From Macrostomum lignano (taxonomy: Eukaryota): 64,000 nt of DNA. Under the pieces are notes generated by a model that saw only the letters and a program-made list of their open reading frames with translations, was not told where the DNA came from and did not search any database. The DNA is taken from positions 1 to 64,000 of the forward strand of contig NIVC01001145.1 in assembly GCA_002269645.1 (NCBI GenBank). The letters are read 5' to 3'. A program made the translations under genes and the position numbers. The stretch's first letter is position 1, and the number at the start of each line of letters is the position of its first letter. This document shows positions 33,939 through 48,380 of the stretch, in pieces.

Positions 33939-34520
33939 AGCCTCCCAGATCCTCAGTTGCTGGGCCAGCCTCTCAGATCCTCAGTTACTGGGCCAGCCTC
34001 CCAGGTCCTCAGTTGCTGGGCCAGCCTCCCAGATGCTCAGTTGCTGGGCCAGCCTCCCAGATGCCCAGTTGCTGGGCCAGCCTCCCAGATCCTCAGTTGC
34101 TGGGCCAGCCTCCCAGATCCTCAGTTGCTGGGCCAGCCTCCCAGATCCTCAGTTGTTGGGCCAGCCTCCCAGATCCTCAGTTGCTGAGCCAGCCTCCCAG
34201 ATCCTCAGTTGCTGAGCCAGCCTCCCAGATCCTCAGTTGCTGAGCCAGCCTCCCAGATCCTCAGTTGCTGAGCCAGCCTCCCAGATCCTCAGTTGCTGAG
34301 CCAGCCTCCCAGAGTGTCAGTTGCTGGGCCAGCCTCCAAGATCCTCAGTTGCTGGGCCAGCCTCCCAGATCCTCAGTTGCTGAGCCAGCCTCCCAGATCC
34401 TCAGTTGCTGAGCCAGCCTCCCAGAGTGTCAGTTGCTGGGCCAGCCTCCCAGATCCTCAGTTGCTGGGCCAGCCTCCCAGATCCTCAGTTGCTGAGCCAG
34501 CCTCCCAGAGCCTCAATTAA
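33939..34520. repeat. 28-bp minisatellite, array B (continues from 27997-28039 across the LINE)
   Basis: Same unit as array A, about 20 copies, split by the LOA insertion. Confidence 0.97.
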
Positions 34521-35214
34521 TGGGCCAGCGTCGCATATTCTGTAATCTCTAAGCGCAACCAAAGCTGTTCACAGCAACAAACTCATGGCTATATTTTTCT
34601 GGATTTTCTTAGCTCAAGCGACAATTTGTGCGCCGCATCAGGCAAACGATCTGAAATTCCCAAACGGCCTCAGCCTCGACCTCCATCAGCAGTTTTCATA
34701 TTCATAGAAATTGAGGAGTTTTGTTAATTCAACCGCAAATTTACGAGTGTTTGGCTTTTCCCTCCTGGGGGGGTCGGTCGGGAGCGAGTTGGCTGGAATA
34801 AAATTGATTTCAGCTTTGAAACGCGATAGCGCGCGCGTTGAGCTGTGTAATGAACGGAGCCTAAATCATGCCAATTTTGATGAAGGAGTCAGCTGGCTTT
34901 TCCCCCTTATGGATCCACACTTTACTTGCTGCAACTGCCACCCTGGCAACAGAACCGAATATTAAATGAGCTGGCATCTGGGGGCGGGGGGGGTGTTACA
35001 GATCGGCCAGGCTCATCTGCAATCATTTATATTCTGTCTGTTTAATCCCCAATATCCCCTTAGCTATAGTCACTTGCTCCAATATTCCCCAATGAATGCT
35101 GCGAGTGTAATTTAGGAGTATCTGTAAATTTTATTTTAGAAATTGCTTTCCTCAATTGGTTTCTTAGAGATTTTGTTTATTTATTCTCTGGTTCTCTGGT
35201 TAGATTTTTTCTGG

Positions 35215-36545
35215 GCTCTGTCTCACCCTCTCTCTCTCCCGCCCTCTCTATCTTACCCTCCCTCTCTCCCGCCCTCTCCATCTCACCCTCTCTCTCTCCC
35301 CTCTCTTTCTCACCCTCTCTCTCTCCCCTCTCCTTCTCACCCTCTCTCTCCCGCTCCCTCCATCTCACCCTCTCTCTCCCCTCTCCTTCTCACCCTCTCT
35401 CTCCCGCTCTCTCCATCTCACCCTCTCTCTCCCGCCCTCTCCATCTCACCCTCTCTCTCTCCCCTCTCTTTCTCACCCTCTCTCTCTCCCCTCTCCTTCT
35501 CACCCTCTCTCTCTCCCCTCTCCTTCTCACCCTCTCTCTCTCCCCTCTCCTTCTCACCCTCTCTCTCTCCCCTCTCCTTCTCACCCTCTCTCTCCCGCTC
35601 TCTCCATCTCACCCTCTCTCTCCCGCTCTCTCCATCTCACCCTCTCTCTCCCGCCCTCTCCATCTCACCCTCTCTCTCCCGCCCTCTCCATCTCACTCTC
35701 TCTCTCCCCTCTCCTTCTCACCCTCTCTCTCCCGTTCTCTCCATCTCACCCTCTTTCTCCCGCTCTCTCCATCTCACCCTCTCTCTCCCGCCCTCTCCAT
35801 CTCACCCTCTCTCTCCCGCCCTCTCCATCTCACCCTCTCTCTCCCGCCCTCTCCATCTCACCCTCTTTCTCCCGCTCTCTCCATCTTACCCTCTCTCTCC
35901 CGCCCTCTCCATCTCACTCTCTCTCTCCCCTCTCCATCTCACTCTCTTTCTCCCGCCCTCTCCATCTCACTCTCTCTCCCGCCCTCTCCATCTCACCCTC
36001 TCTCTCCCGCCCTCTCCATCTCACCCTCTCTCTCCCGCCCTCTCCATCTCACCCTCTTTCTCCCCCTCTCTCCATCTCACCCTCTCTCTCCCGCCCTCTC
36101 CATCTCACTCTCTCTCTCCCCTCTCCATCTCACTCTCTTTCTCCCGCCCTCTCCATCTCACTCTCTCTCCCGCCCTCTCCATCTCACCCTCTCTCTCCCG
36201 CCCTCTCCATCTCACCCTCTCTCTCCCCTCTCCATCTCACTCTCTTTCTCCCGCCCTCTCCATCTCACTCTCTCTCCCGCTCTCTCCATCTCACCCTCTC
36301 CCTCCCGCCCTCTCCATCTCACTCTCTCTCTCCCCTCTCCATCTCACCCTCTCTCTCTCTCCCCTCTCCTTCTCACTCTCTCTCTCTCCCCTCTCCTTCT
36401 CACCCTCTCTCTCCCGCCCTCTCCATCTCACTCTCTCTCTCTCCCCTCTCCATCTCACCCTCTCTTCCGCCCGCTCCGTCTCACCCTCTCTCGTCCGCCC
36501 TCTTTATCTCACCCTCCCTCTCTCTTCCGCCCTCTCCGTCTCACC
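35215..36545. repeat. Homopyrimidine ~27-29-bp satellite
   Basis: Unit ctctccatctcaccctctctctcccgcc. Confidence 0.95.
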
Positions 36546-37203
36546 CTCCGTTTTTCCCGCTTCCCCCGGCCACGTCAATTTCATGCATATATTAATATAA
36601 ATCTTAATTTCATAAGTTAGTCTGGATTTTGTTATTTTTTAGTGCTTTTAGATTTTTGTTTATTACCATTTCTCAAGTGTGCAGAAATTTTCTAATGGAA
36701 GATGCCGTGACCCATTTGTTTAGCCTCTAGTGCCTCTAGAAGATACTTAGTCGAATCTTGAACGGAAACTGTAACCATTTTTATAAGCGGCTTTTTCTTC
36801 CGCGTCTAAGAGCATCTTTCTACATTTTGTAAAATGACGAATTTCTATTGCCACTTAAATACGGGAGTGGCCTTTGAATTGAAATTATAAAATTGAAATT
36901 GATTACATATCCTTTGACTTATTGATTAGTAATTTAAAAGATGATGATTTATTTCATCATCATCATTAGCAGCTTAAAGAAAAGGGTAATGGACAATTTC
37001 AATTTAATCTCTGAATAAAGAGTTTCTTTCTTTAATCCTAGGATGATTGAGCTCTCGAGTTTTCTATAAATGAATCTGTTGATTAACTTTATCTATAAAT
37101 TGCAATTTTTTACTCAAATGCTTTAGTAATGGAAAAAAAGTTTTTTCACTACATATCGGTAGGGTCAGATGCAGACATGCGGTCAGTCCGGTATGCTGTT
37201 CTT

Positions 37204-37235
<32 letters not shown>

Positions 37236-38504
37236 ATGTGTAATTTAATAGTTAAAACGGGAAGTGCTGTGTGTTTTTTAACTTTGGTGATTGGTCGGTT
37301 GGTCGGTCGGTCGGTCGGTCGGTCGGTCGGCACCGAAGTGCAGGCACCAGGGAGGTGTGTAGCGATTCTGTCGGAGTTGAAGTGGCTATAGATGCCGGAA
37401 TCTTGCACTGAAAAGGCGCAACTTGTTGATGTCGGTAAAACGCGCCCTGTAATAAATTATTTAGAAACCGATGGAAGGAATGCCTTTCACGTAGAGCAAA
37501 GAGGTTGGGAAAAAAACTGATTTTCGATACAATTTCGATTTTCAAGCCTTTTACGCGGGCTGTCTAAGATTATAGTCTAGTTAAATTGTTTATGAATTTA
37601 CATTTGTCTTCTAAGCCTCATCAGTAGCTTGGGTATTTGCTGCTCGTAACGGCGCAAAAGTCGGGGAAAAGTGTTGCGCTGGTTGGGAAACTAACAATAA
37701 TTCTTGTTTAGTTGAAGTTTTATTCGCAGTTCGAACCCGACGAGGGGGTTGGGGGCGGTCTTAATCTCCCGGACCGATCGCGTAGGCCCGTGTTTAAATT
37801 AGAAAATATTATTCAAAAATTTTCTCTGCTAATTAAAACAAAAAATATAAAAAAAACACAATCGTCAAGAGTTCTTGCGCAAAAATGTTTCAAATTTCAA
37901 ATGCGAGTTGTGCGACATTTCTAGATGAAAATGTTTCTAATTAAAAAAGTTTTGATTGTTAATTAGATTTTATGACCTTCGAATGCTGCTAGTTGTCGGG
38001 GAGTTGCAGTGCAATTCACAGCCATGATGCCCAAGCCCCTAGAGAGTGTACATACCTGACGATTAGATAGTCAGGACCGATGTACACCCTGTGTGAGCGT
38101 GTGTGTGAGTTCCCAGTGCCTGCGTACAGTATTGCTAATCTAGAAAGCTCATGAAAAGTATACTATAACAGATGAAGGTCAATTCAAAAGACAAGCAATT
38201 ATTGTAGTTCAATATCTCCGTATTCAACCTGTCAAATTTATTTACAACACAGTTGCACTCACAGCTGCTATAAATGTGTTTGATTAAGATTTTTTTAAAC
38301 ACGACAATAACAAGCGTACAACACAACAGACGGCATAGAGCATGATTTGTTAATATATCAGGGAATATTGTTGAAATTTGTTCTCAGTAAGTTTAAGTAC
38401 ATGGCATTTCATTTTGGATTGATAAAACTTCATATTTTATTAATAAACGTTATCATATTTTTGTACTAATTAGACTAGAGTGAATCGCAGAAATAAGAGA
38501 ATAA

Positions 38505-39280
38505 ACAGCACAAACATAAGAGAGTGAACTGCAGAGATAAGAGAGTGAACTGCAGAGATAAGAGAGTGAACTGCAGAGATAAGAGAGTGAACTACAGAGA
38601 TAAGAGAGTGAACTGCAGAGATAAGAGAGTGAACTGCAGAGATAAGAGAGTGAACTGCAGAGATAGAGAGTGAACTGCAGAGATAAGAGAGTGAACTGCA
38701 GAGATAAGAGAGTGAACTGCAGAGATGAGAGAGTGAACTACTGAGATGAGAGAGTGAACTGCAGAGATAAGAGAGTGAATTGCAGAGATAAGAGAGTGAA
38801 CTGCAGAGATAAGAGAGTGAACTGCAGAGATAAGAGAGTGAACTGCAGAGATAAGAGAGTGAACTGCAGAGATAAGAGAGTGAACTACAGAGATAAGAGA
38901 GTGAACTGCAGAGATAAGAGAGTGAACTGCAGAGATAAGAGAGTGAACTGCAGAGATAAGAGAGTGAACTGCAGAGATAAGAGAGTGAACTGCAGAAATA
39001 AGGGAGTGAACTGCAGAGATGAGAGTGTGAACTACAGAGATAAGAGAGTGAACTGCAGAGATGAGAGTGTGAACTACTGAGATAAGAGAGTGAACTGCAG
39101 AGATAAGAGAGTGAACTGCAGAGATGAGAGAGTGGACTACAGAGATAAGAGAGTGGACTACAGAGATAAGAGAGTGGACTACAGAGATAAGAGAGTGAAC
39201 TGCAGAGATGAGAGAGTGGACTACAGAGATAAGAGAGTGAACTAGAGAGATGAGACAGTGAACGGCAGAAATGAGAGTGA
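38505..39280. repeat. 21-bp minisatellite downstream of NK1
   Basis: Unit gagataagagagtgaactgca, about 37 copies. Confidence 0.97.
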
Positions 39281-39408
39281 GTTGACAATTAGTCAAAATT
39301 GAGGAAAGCATAAAGCAACATATTAGCCTCAAAAAAGCAAGTTTAAGAAAAAATGAAGCCCAAAAAGCAAAATCATAATCTCTCATCAGGTTGTCAGAAT
39401 TGTGAAAT

Positions 39409-39981
<573 letters not shown>

Positions 39982-40044
39982 TTAGAATAAGTTTATTACA
40001 TGACTTATGGTAGTATTATATTTGGAAAGTAGTGGAAAAAAAAG

Positions 40045-41470
<1,426 letters not shown>

Positions 41471-42284
41471 CTGTGCTCTCTTAGCGACCGTTTGAAAAGC
41501 CCCTCATTTCTATAGGCCAATCAATAACACTCCATTTTATAAAGTTAGTCGTCAGGTCAAGGTCAGGGCTAACAATTTAGTTTTCGTCACAGCAATAAAG
41601 TTTCAAAAGAAAGCTTAATATAGGCAGGAAAAGTTGCTTTTAAAAGCTCGGGTTTTCTGTCTTTTTTTTCTGACCGTTGAGAGTGCTTTTGTTGTTGCCA
41701 AGGGCACCGATTTTATCTGCCTATCTATAGCCACTTCACAGCGATTGCAGATGATCTCCGTGGCACACCACACCAAACCCTATAGATGCATGCATTGTTC
41801 ACTCTGGTAGAGGAGGTCACTCAGTCAGTCAAACAGCCACTATTTATGATTGTTATGCATAAATATATAGGGTGGAAATTCTATCAGATTGTAAATCTCT
41901 CTCTCTGTCTGTGGGCGTGAAAGCTTATTTTTTAACCACCCCCCCCCTAAATATTCGTTTTGTTGCGATGCCGCGGTGTGACCTGTTGTGAACGCCATTA
42001 ACCCAATAAAGCAGGATTCTGTGATTCGGTTCGGTGCACAATGAAACAAAGACTGACTATAGCCTAATCTACCCAACGCTTAATGGTTGTTTTGCAACTA
42101 TGAGGGTGAAGAAAGACAGTTTTATATGGAGTGCTTGATTTCGACTCCCCCCCCTGCCCCCCCCTGGGTCGCGAATACGAGTAAATGAACCAGCTCTGTG
42201 TTTTAGCCTTGTATTCCCGTGTATCTTTGTATTGCAATCGTGTTTAATTTATGAAATATATTAAATAGATATATAGATAGCTAG

Positions 42285-42650
42285 GTAGATACAGGGGTAG
42301 ATAAAAGGTAGATAGCGGGTAGATAGAGGGTAGATAGAGGGATAGATAGAGGATAGATAGAGGGTAGATAGAGGGTAGATAGAGGATAGATGAGGATAGA
42401 TAGAGAGTAAATAGAGGGGTAGTCGAGTAGATAGAGGGTAGATAGAGAGTAAATAGAGGGTAAATAGAGGGGTTAGTCGGGTAGATAGAGGGTAGATAGA
42501 GGATAGTTAGAGGGTAGATATAGGGTTGATCGACTCGAGGAGAGTAGATAGATGGTATTGTAGATAGATTTTTAGATAGAGGATAGATAGAGGGTAGATA
42601 GAGGATAGATAGAGGGTAGATAGAGGATAGATAGAGGGTAGATAGAGGTT
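42285..42650. repeat. GATAGAGGGTA-type purine-rich repeat, NK1 intron 1
   Basis: Recurrent tagatagagggta motif. Confidence 0.9.
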
Positions 42651-42729
42651 CGATCGATGGCAGTTAGATGACAGACACAGGGCAGATAGATGCAGAAGAG
42701 AGTTAGCGAATCTTCAGTCCAGTGCTCAC

Positions 42730-42880
42730 CATCTTTATCGCTGCTGCTATCCAGTGTCCAATGCAGCGAGGATTCGAACCCGCGACCTGCGCCTTTGAAC
42801 TTGTCCGGATCAAGGATGTCGCAGATGAAGAACGAAGTTGGAGCCGCCTGCTGTTGCTGCCGCCGACGCTGCATCTCCAT
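42730..42880 (-). CDS. Nkx1: NK1 exon 1 (TN/eh1 repressor motif)
   Basis: TSFFICDILDPDKF matches the NK1 TN motif (TSFSV.DILDP.KF). Donor GTGAGC, phase 1. The first ATG is at 42880 and an upstream exon is not excluded. The three exons give 327 aa. Confidence 0.88.
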
Positions 42881-43227
42881 TATCGAGGGACTCAAGCTTA
42901 TGGGATTGAACTTAACAAATTAGAAAAAGCCCCTCAGAAATCACTTCTGGCCTTTTTAGCGGCTATAGGGGATTAGGGGAATCGATATGCGGGGTTGGTT
43001 GATGATTAATAAAAATTGAGCGCTAAGGTTAGGCAGCTCAGGGAGAATCAATCTGCCAATTATTATTAATGACGACCCGAGGACTTGAAGTGTTTATTAA
43101 AATTGCCTCTGCTGGCGGTAAGGAAGATTGCCGATTTGGAGCGCCTCTTAATGCCCGACTTTTTAAAAACGAAGGGGGATTCTGTTCCCTCCTCTCCAGC
43201 TTTTCTAATTAGCTCTCTAACGGGCCG

Positions 43228-43355
43228 ATTGGGGTGTTTGGGAAGAATCCTCTAAAAGCCGATTGGCCATTGGTTGGGCTTGGATGGCTTTTCATTGGGC
43301 GCGGCTTGAAACTGGGAATTCTGGGGGCTATTAAACACCAGCTCCCGATGATTGG
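43228..43355 (-). promoter_or_regulatory. Cluster of five CCAAT boxes upstream of NK1 (candidate promoter)
   Basis: ATTGG occurs on + at 43228, 43262, 43269, 43294 and 43351, about 350-470 bp upstream of the ATG. Confidence 0.45.
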
Positions 43356-43840
43356 GGGAATGGGAGTGGGTTTCGTGGGAAAATCGGCGATGTGATCTTT
43401 TCTATTTTTTTTCCAAAGCGAAATTGAAAACTTAGAAGAGGCGCTGTGTATTGATTTCAGTGAAGAAGAAGACGGTAGAGCTCTTTGTGCCAAGTTCTTT
43501 AGTCAGATTAAAATTAGTTTTCAAGTTTGGCAAGAAACCTTCATACTTTCATTCGTAGTTAATGATTGTGTGATTTTGAAATTGAAAATTTAGCTACTGA
43601 ATTTAATTACCATTCTTTTTGGGTAACCTTTTCATTATAGTCTAAAGGATTTTAGTAATTATTTTAGTCTATGGCAAAAACGTCCCTTTATACTCGTAGT
43701 CTAGGGTATTAGCTCCATTATTATAGTCTATGGTATTAAGCACCACTTTATAGTTTATGGAAAAAAGTGTCACTTTATAGCCGACGGTATTATAGTCTAT
43801 GGTATTGCATGTACCGCCAATTTATAGTCTATGGTATAAT

Positions 43841-44240
43841 AGTCATTACCATAGTCTAGGTAGAAAAGAATGTATAGTTTATGGTAAAATAGTCATTACC
43901 ATAGTCTAGGTAGAAAAGAATGTATAGTTTATGGTAAAATAGTCATTACCATAGTCTAGGTAGAAAAGAATGTATAGTTTATGGTAAAATAGTCATTACC
44001 ATAGTCTAGGTAGAAAAGAATGTATAGTTTATGGTAAAATAGTCATTACCATAGTCTAGGTAGAAAAGAATGTATAGTTTATGGTAAAATAGTCATTACC
44101 ATAGTCTAGGTAGAAAAGAATTTATAGTCTATGGTAAAATAGTCATTACCATAGTCTAGGTAGAAAAGAATGTATAGTTTATGGTAAAATAGTCATTACC
44201 ATAGTCTAGGTAGAAAAGAATTTATAGTCTATGGTAAAAA
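43841..44240. repeat. 50-bp tandem repeat, about 8 copies
   Basis: Unit atagtctaggtagaaaagaatgtatagtttatggtaaaatagtcattacc with an exact period of 50. Confidence 0.97.
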
Positions 44241-45319
44241 AGCTACTTGAATAGTATGTATATCGGCATTATCAGCATTATTATAGTCTATGGTAAAAGC
44301 GCCAGCATATCACGAGGTATATATATTGTTTAACTTAGTAGTAGACAGTAAAATAGAAAAGCCGAGGAATTAAAATCTATATATTTTAGTGTACCATCAT
44401 ACGGATACCCTGTATGAACTGTCTACACGATATAGCCAATTTTTCCCACGGATTTTGATCTTCAGCCATCTCCATCTTGATGATCCCACCACCAATATCG
44501 GCAGGTCTCGGGCGTCTCGCCAGTTTGTGCACGGCATGTTTGTGTTGCCAAGCCACTATATAGCCTCCTAATGCCTCCCATGCACCTTCCCTAGAAACTT
44601 AATCTGTTACTGACCAACACGCCAGTGCTATGGATACTCCGTTACCCCGCCGGGAATATAATTAACTGTTCACAGACCATGCGCACACAGAGACACATGT
44701 GGGCATGAGGATGTCCATTTTTTTAAAAGCCTGCATTTTACTTATGGTCGGCCAGCACTAAATATGATTGACTTCAACACATATCAGCCATGCACACTTA
44801 ACATAGTAACAGAATTAGATCCACTCTGAGTTACTAAGGCCCCCTATCGCATTGCGAATGATGGTCATATATTTAGAAATGATACTATATACTGCAGATT
44901 ATATATATATAGTAAGGTCTTTGTTTTACACAATATTCCGATTCTTGACTGACAACATGTCATGCGATGCACGCGCCGTGCGCACACCTGTTGCATAATC
45001 TGTTGAACATATTAGCTGTATAAATACAGAATAGATTATAGATAGAGTTCTCTTGCTGCTAGGCAATTGACGTCTGGGATATTTCAGGGTCCATTCAAGG
45101 CTGTATAATTAGGCTGTCTTGGGATAAATTAATGTATGCTATAGAATCAGCACTGCATGCTGTTTGGATCCTGCTGTGTTTTAAAATTCAACACGGTAGT
45201 ACCATAATAACGAATATGATATGCCTAATTAATTTTACACTCATAATAATTTCGTCAATTTTGTTAATATTATAGCTAATTATCATAGCAAAATACTGCC
45301 TGATTTCTTTGAGATATTT

Positions 45320-45398
45320 CTGAGATGTATAGAGGTAAGGGGAGAGTGTAGATGTGGGAGAGTAGATATGGAGAGAGATATGGACATATGGACAGAGA

Positions 45399-45472
<74 letters not shown>

Positions 45473-45668
45473 GAGGGCGCCTCCAATCTCGGGCACTGAC
45501 ACGGTAGAAAGTCAGAAAGGACTGAAAAAAGTCAATTTAAATTGAGTAGCCGATATTTCGAAATTAAATTTCTTCGTCAGGGCTGTAAGCTGAGATGTAT
45601 AGAGGTAAGGGGAGAGTGTAGATGTGGGAGAGTAGATATGGAGAGAGATATGGACATATGGACAGAGA

Positions 45669-45765
<97 letters not shown>

Positions 45766-46100
45766 GGGAAGCTAAAGGTTTGGAGAGAGTAGATAAGGGT
45801 ATTGGAGAGAGCAGATAGAGATTTAGAAGAGAGTAGATAGAGATGTAGAAGAGAGTAGATAGAGATGTAGAAGAGAGTAGATAGAGATGTAGAAGAGAGT
45901 AGATAGAGGTCTGAGAGAGAGTAGATAAAGGTGTGGGAGAGAGTAGATAAGGGTATAAGAGAGAGTAGATAGAGACAAGGAAGAGAGCAGATAGAGATGT
46001 AGAAGAGAGTGGATAGAGATGTAGAAAAGAGTAGATAGAGGTCTGAGAGAGTAGATAAAGGTGCGGGAGAGAGTAAATAAGGTGTGGGAGAGAGTAGATA
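45320..46100. repeat. Duplicated ~85-bp block plus (GA)n at period 270, followed by a ~24-bp purine-rich repeat
   Basis: ctgagatgtatagaggtaagg... starts at both 45320 and 45590, and each copy is followed by (GA)n. Confidence 0.9.
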
Positions 46101-47109
46101 TGTGAGTTGCATAGTAGATGAAGCTACCGTGGTGAGGTTAACACAAAAACCGAAGTTGGAAAAGATTGTGCAGATCTCAGTGATAAGAATTTTATGAAAA
46201 TAGGAGAAGAAAAGTGGGCAGACATGTACAAAGTTTCGAACGTCAGAAGAATCCTAATTGATTGATTTTGCGCGAAGGTCCAGTTTGATGCTATATATTA
46301 ATGCATTGTTTTTTGATGACTTCTAAATATTACAGTCTTTGTTCTTTGTTTGATCTTTGTTGCAACTTGCTGGCGTTATGTTACGTGCTATATATCTAAG
46401 TGGGAAGGTTTGGGAGACAGCATCGCCCTAACCCTGATGCAAAAATAATAATAAGAACTAATGTTCGCAAGCTGGGGTCTTCTGACGGTTCTTTACCCGA
46501 TGTTATGGTCAGTCTTTGTTCGAACTTTGGTCTTTAGTGAGAGTGCAGGACTGGTTTCAATTAGCAAGATATAGGGGCTGTCCGTTTTGCAAGTTGTTGT
46601 GAATGAACTGACATGAATCTACCGTTCGCTTTATCTGTTAAAAATGGGGCGCAGTAGGGCGATGGCTGCATGTGTGTGGTATGTACCAAGATTTCCAACT
46701 TCAACTGGTATAGGGCATTGAATAACAAAGACTCAACTGTGGAAACTGTGTAGATCGCCAGACAAAACCGCTTGGATGAACAAAACCGTTTCCTGTCCAG
46801 CTAATTAAACCAAAACTTTTAGATGATGGAGAGAAAAAATTGGGTGAAAAATGAATCAGTTAAAAACTGAAAATTGATAAATTAATTAGGGACCCACCGC
46901 AGATTTCTGAGAGAAAAACTCGAATGTTCTGTACACGCGTGCTCTGTAAAACCTCAGAGTTCTTGGGTAGGTAGAGATGCCTTCTGTTCAGAGACCTGGA
47001 TCTCGGTCTGATCTGTCAGGGACCCTTCGCCAAAAACCGTATCTGGATTCAGTGGGTTGCAAAGCGAGTTTTGAAAAGTGAATTTAACTGAACTTTTTGT
47101 CCAATTTAG

Positions 47110-47318
47110 CGCCAGCACAAGGGGCGCCAGCACCAGGGGCGCCAGCACCAGGGGCGCCAGCACCAGGGGCGCCAGCACCAGGGGCGCCAGCACCAGGGGC
47201 GCCAGCACAAGGGGCGCCAGCACCAGGGGCGCCAGCACCAGGGGCGCCAGCACCAGGGGCACCAGCACCAGGGGCGCCAGCACCAGAGGCGCCAGCACCA
47301 GGGGCGCCAGCACCAGGG
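47110..47318. repeat. 15-bp minisatellite
   Basis: Unit ggcgccagcaccagg, about 14 copies. Confidence 0.97.
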
Positions 47319-48380
47319 ATGTCAACATCTATTTAGTTTAGAAACAAGAACAGAACGCTTCCAGTCCATCGAAGACTTTCCAGAGGTCCTTGGCCCAGAA
47401 TCCGCGGATTTTTACCCGATTTTCCCCAATTGATGTCATTAGGGAAGTGCAACAGTTCCCTCCTCTCTCCATCTCCCTTACCCCCCCCCCCACCAGATTG
47501 TTACCTGTTGATCGCGCGGGCCCGATCGCGGGAAAAGGTGTAAAAAATGGGGCCGAGTTTGCGTGCGGCAGATTAGGGGGGCGAAAGCGTATCATCGTCT
47601 GGGCAGGGTCCTAATTGACTCCCCAAGCCTTAGCCGGGGCCGAATGGTTAAACGTTAATTAGTGTTCGCTTCAATAAGCGAGAGCGATCGAGAGCCGCTG
47701 GGGTGGGAGGCTAGGGAAGGATGTTTGTTAACAAATACAAGAGTATAGCAATGGGATTTATAAGGGTTAGGGATTGGAATCATCAGGTGTCTAGATTATC
47801 CCTCTCCATGCTTCCTTCCCACCCAGTTTGGGAATAGGGGAGTGTATTTATGCATATACAATATAAGTATCTAAGCCCTCCCTTTTAATCTGCCGCAACG
47901 GCCGCTGAAGACCCCCGCGGTATGAAATTTCGCTCTAACCTGGACGGGCGAACTGTTTGCTTTATCAGATCTTATAGCGGCTTCTCCCCCACCAGATGGC
48001 AATTACTAATTATTGCTATATAAAGCGGAATGCCCCCACCCCAAAATCCGCTTGGTAGCAAACTTGATGAGGCAGATTTTATGTTTTAAAAAATCTGCCA
48101 AAAATGTAGTGGAAGTTGTTATTTCTATTCCATTTTTACATATTTGAACTCTCCAATGATTACCTCTTGTTTTTGCTATACAAGTGTGCGAAATTTTCAA
48201 CTTTTTTGTTTAAATGCACTAATTAAACTTTAATTTATCGTGTATTACAGAGGTTTGCAGAAATTCATAGGATAATTTATTAATTAATATTAAAAAGAAC
48301 TGACTACACTATTTGTACTATTTGTAGTGTAGTCAGTTCTACCTACTACCTACCTTATTACTTACTTACCCATTTATTCT

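Noticed and set aside
15876-38099. Shared 20-mer atgtacaccctgtgtgagcg (15876-15895 and 38080-38099)
   Set aside because: Probably a remnant of a dispersed repeat, but the flanks do not align and no termini or TSD could be defined.
42765-42790. tRNA T-arm-like AGGTCGCGGGTTCGAATCC on the minus strand
   Set aside because: It lies within NK1 coding exon 1 (GRGFES), and there is no pairing anticodon, D or acceptor stem.
44389-44720. Possible degraded DNA-transposase fragment (RILIFSHLHLDD, piggyBac-like)
   Set aside because: There is only one weak motif, with many stops and no TIR or TTAA TSD.
47630-47700. tRNA/SINE A-box-like GGGCCGAATGGTT
   Set aside because: The B box is poor (gttcgcttc), with no cloverleaf and no second copy.
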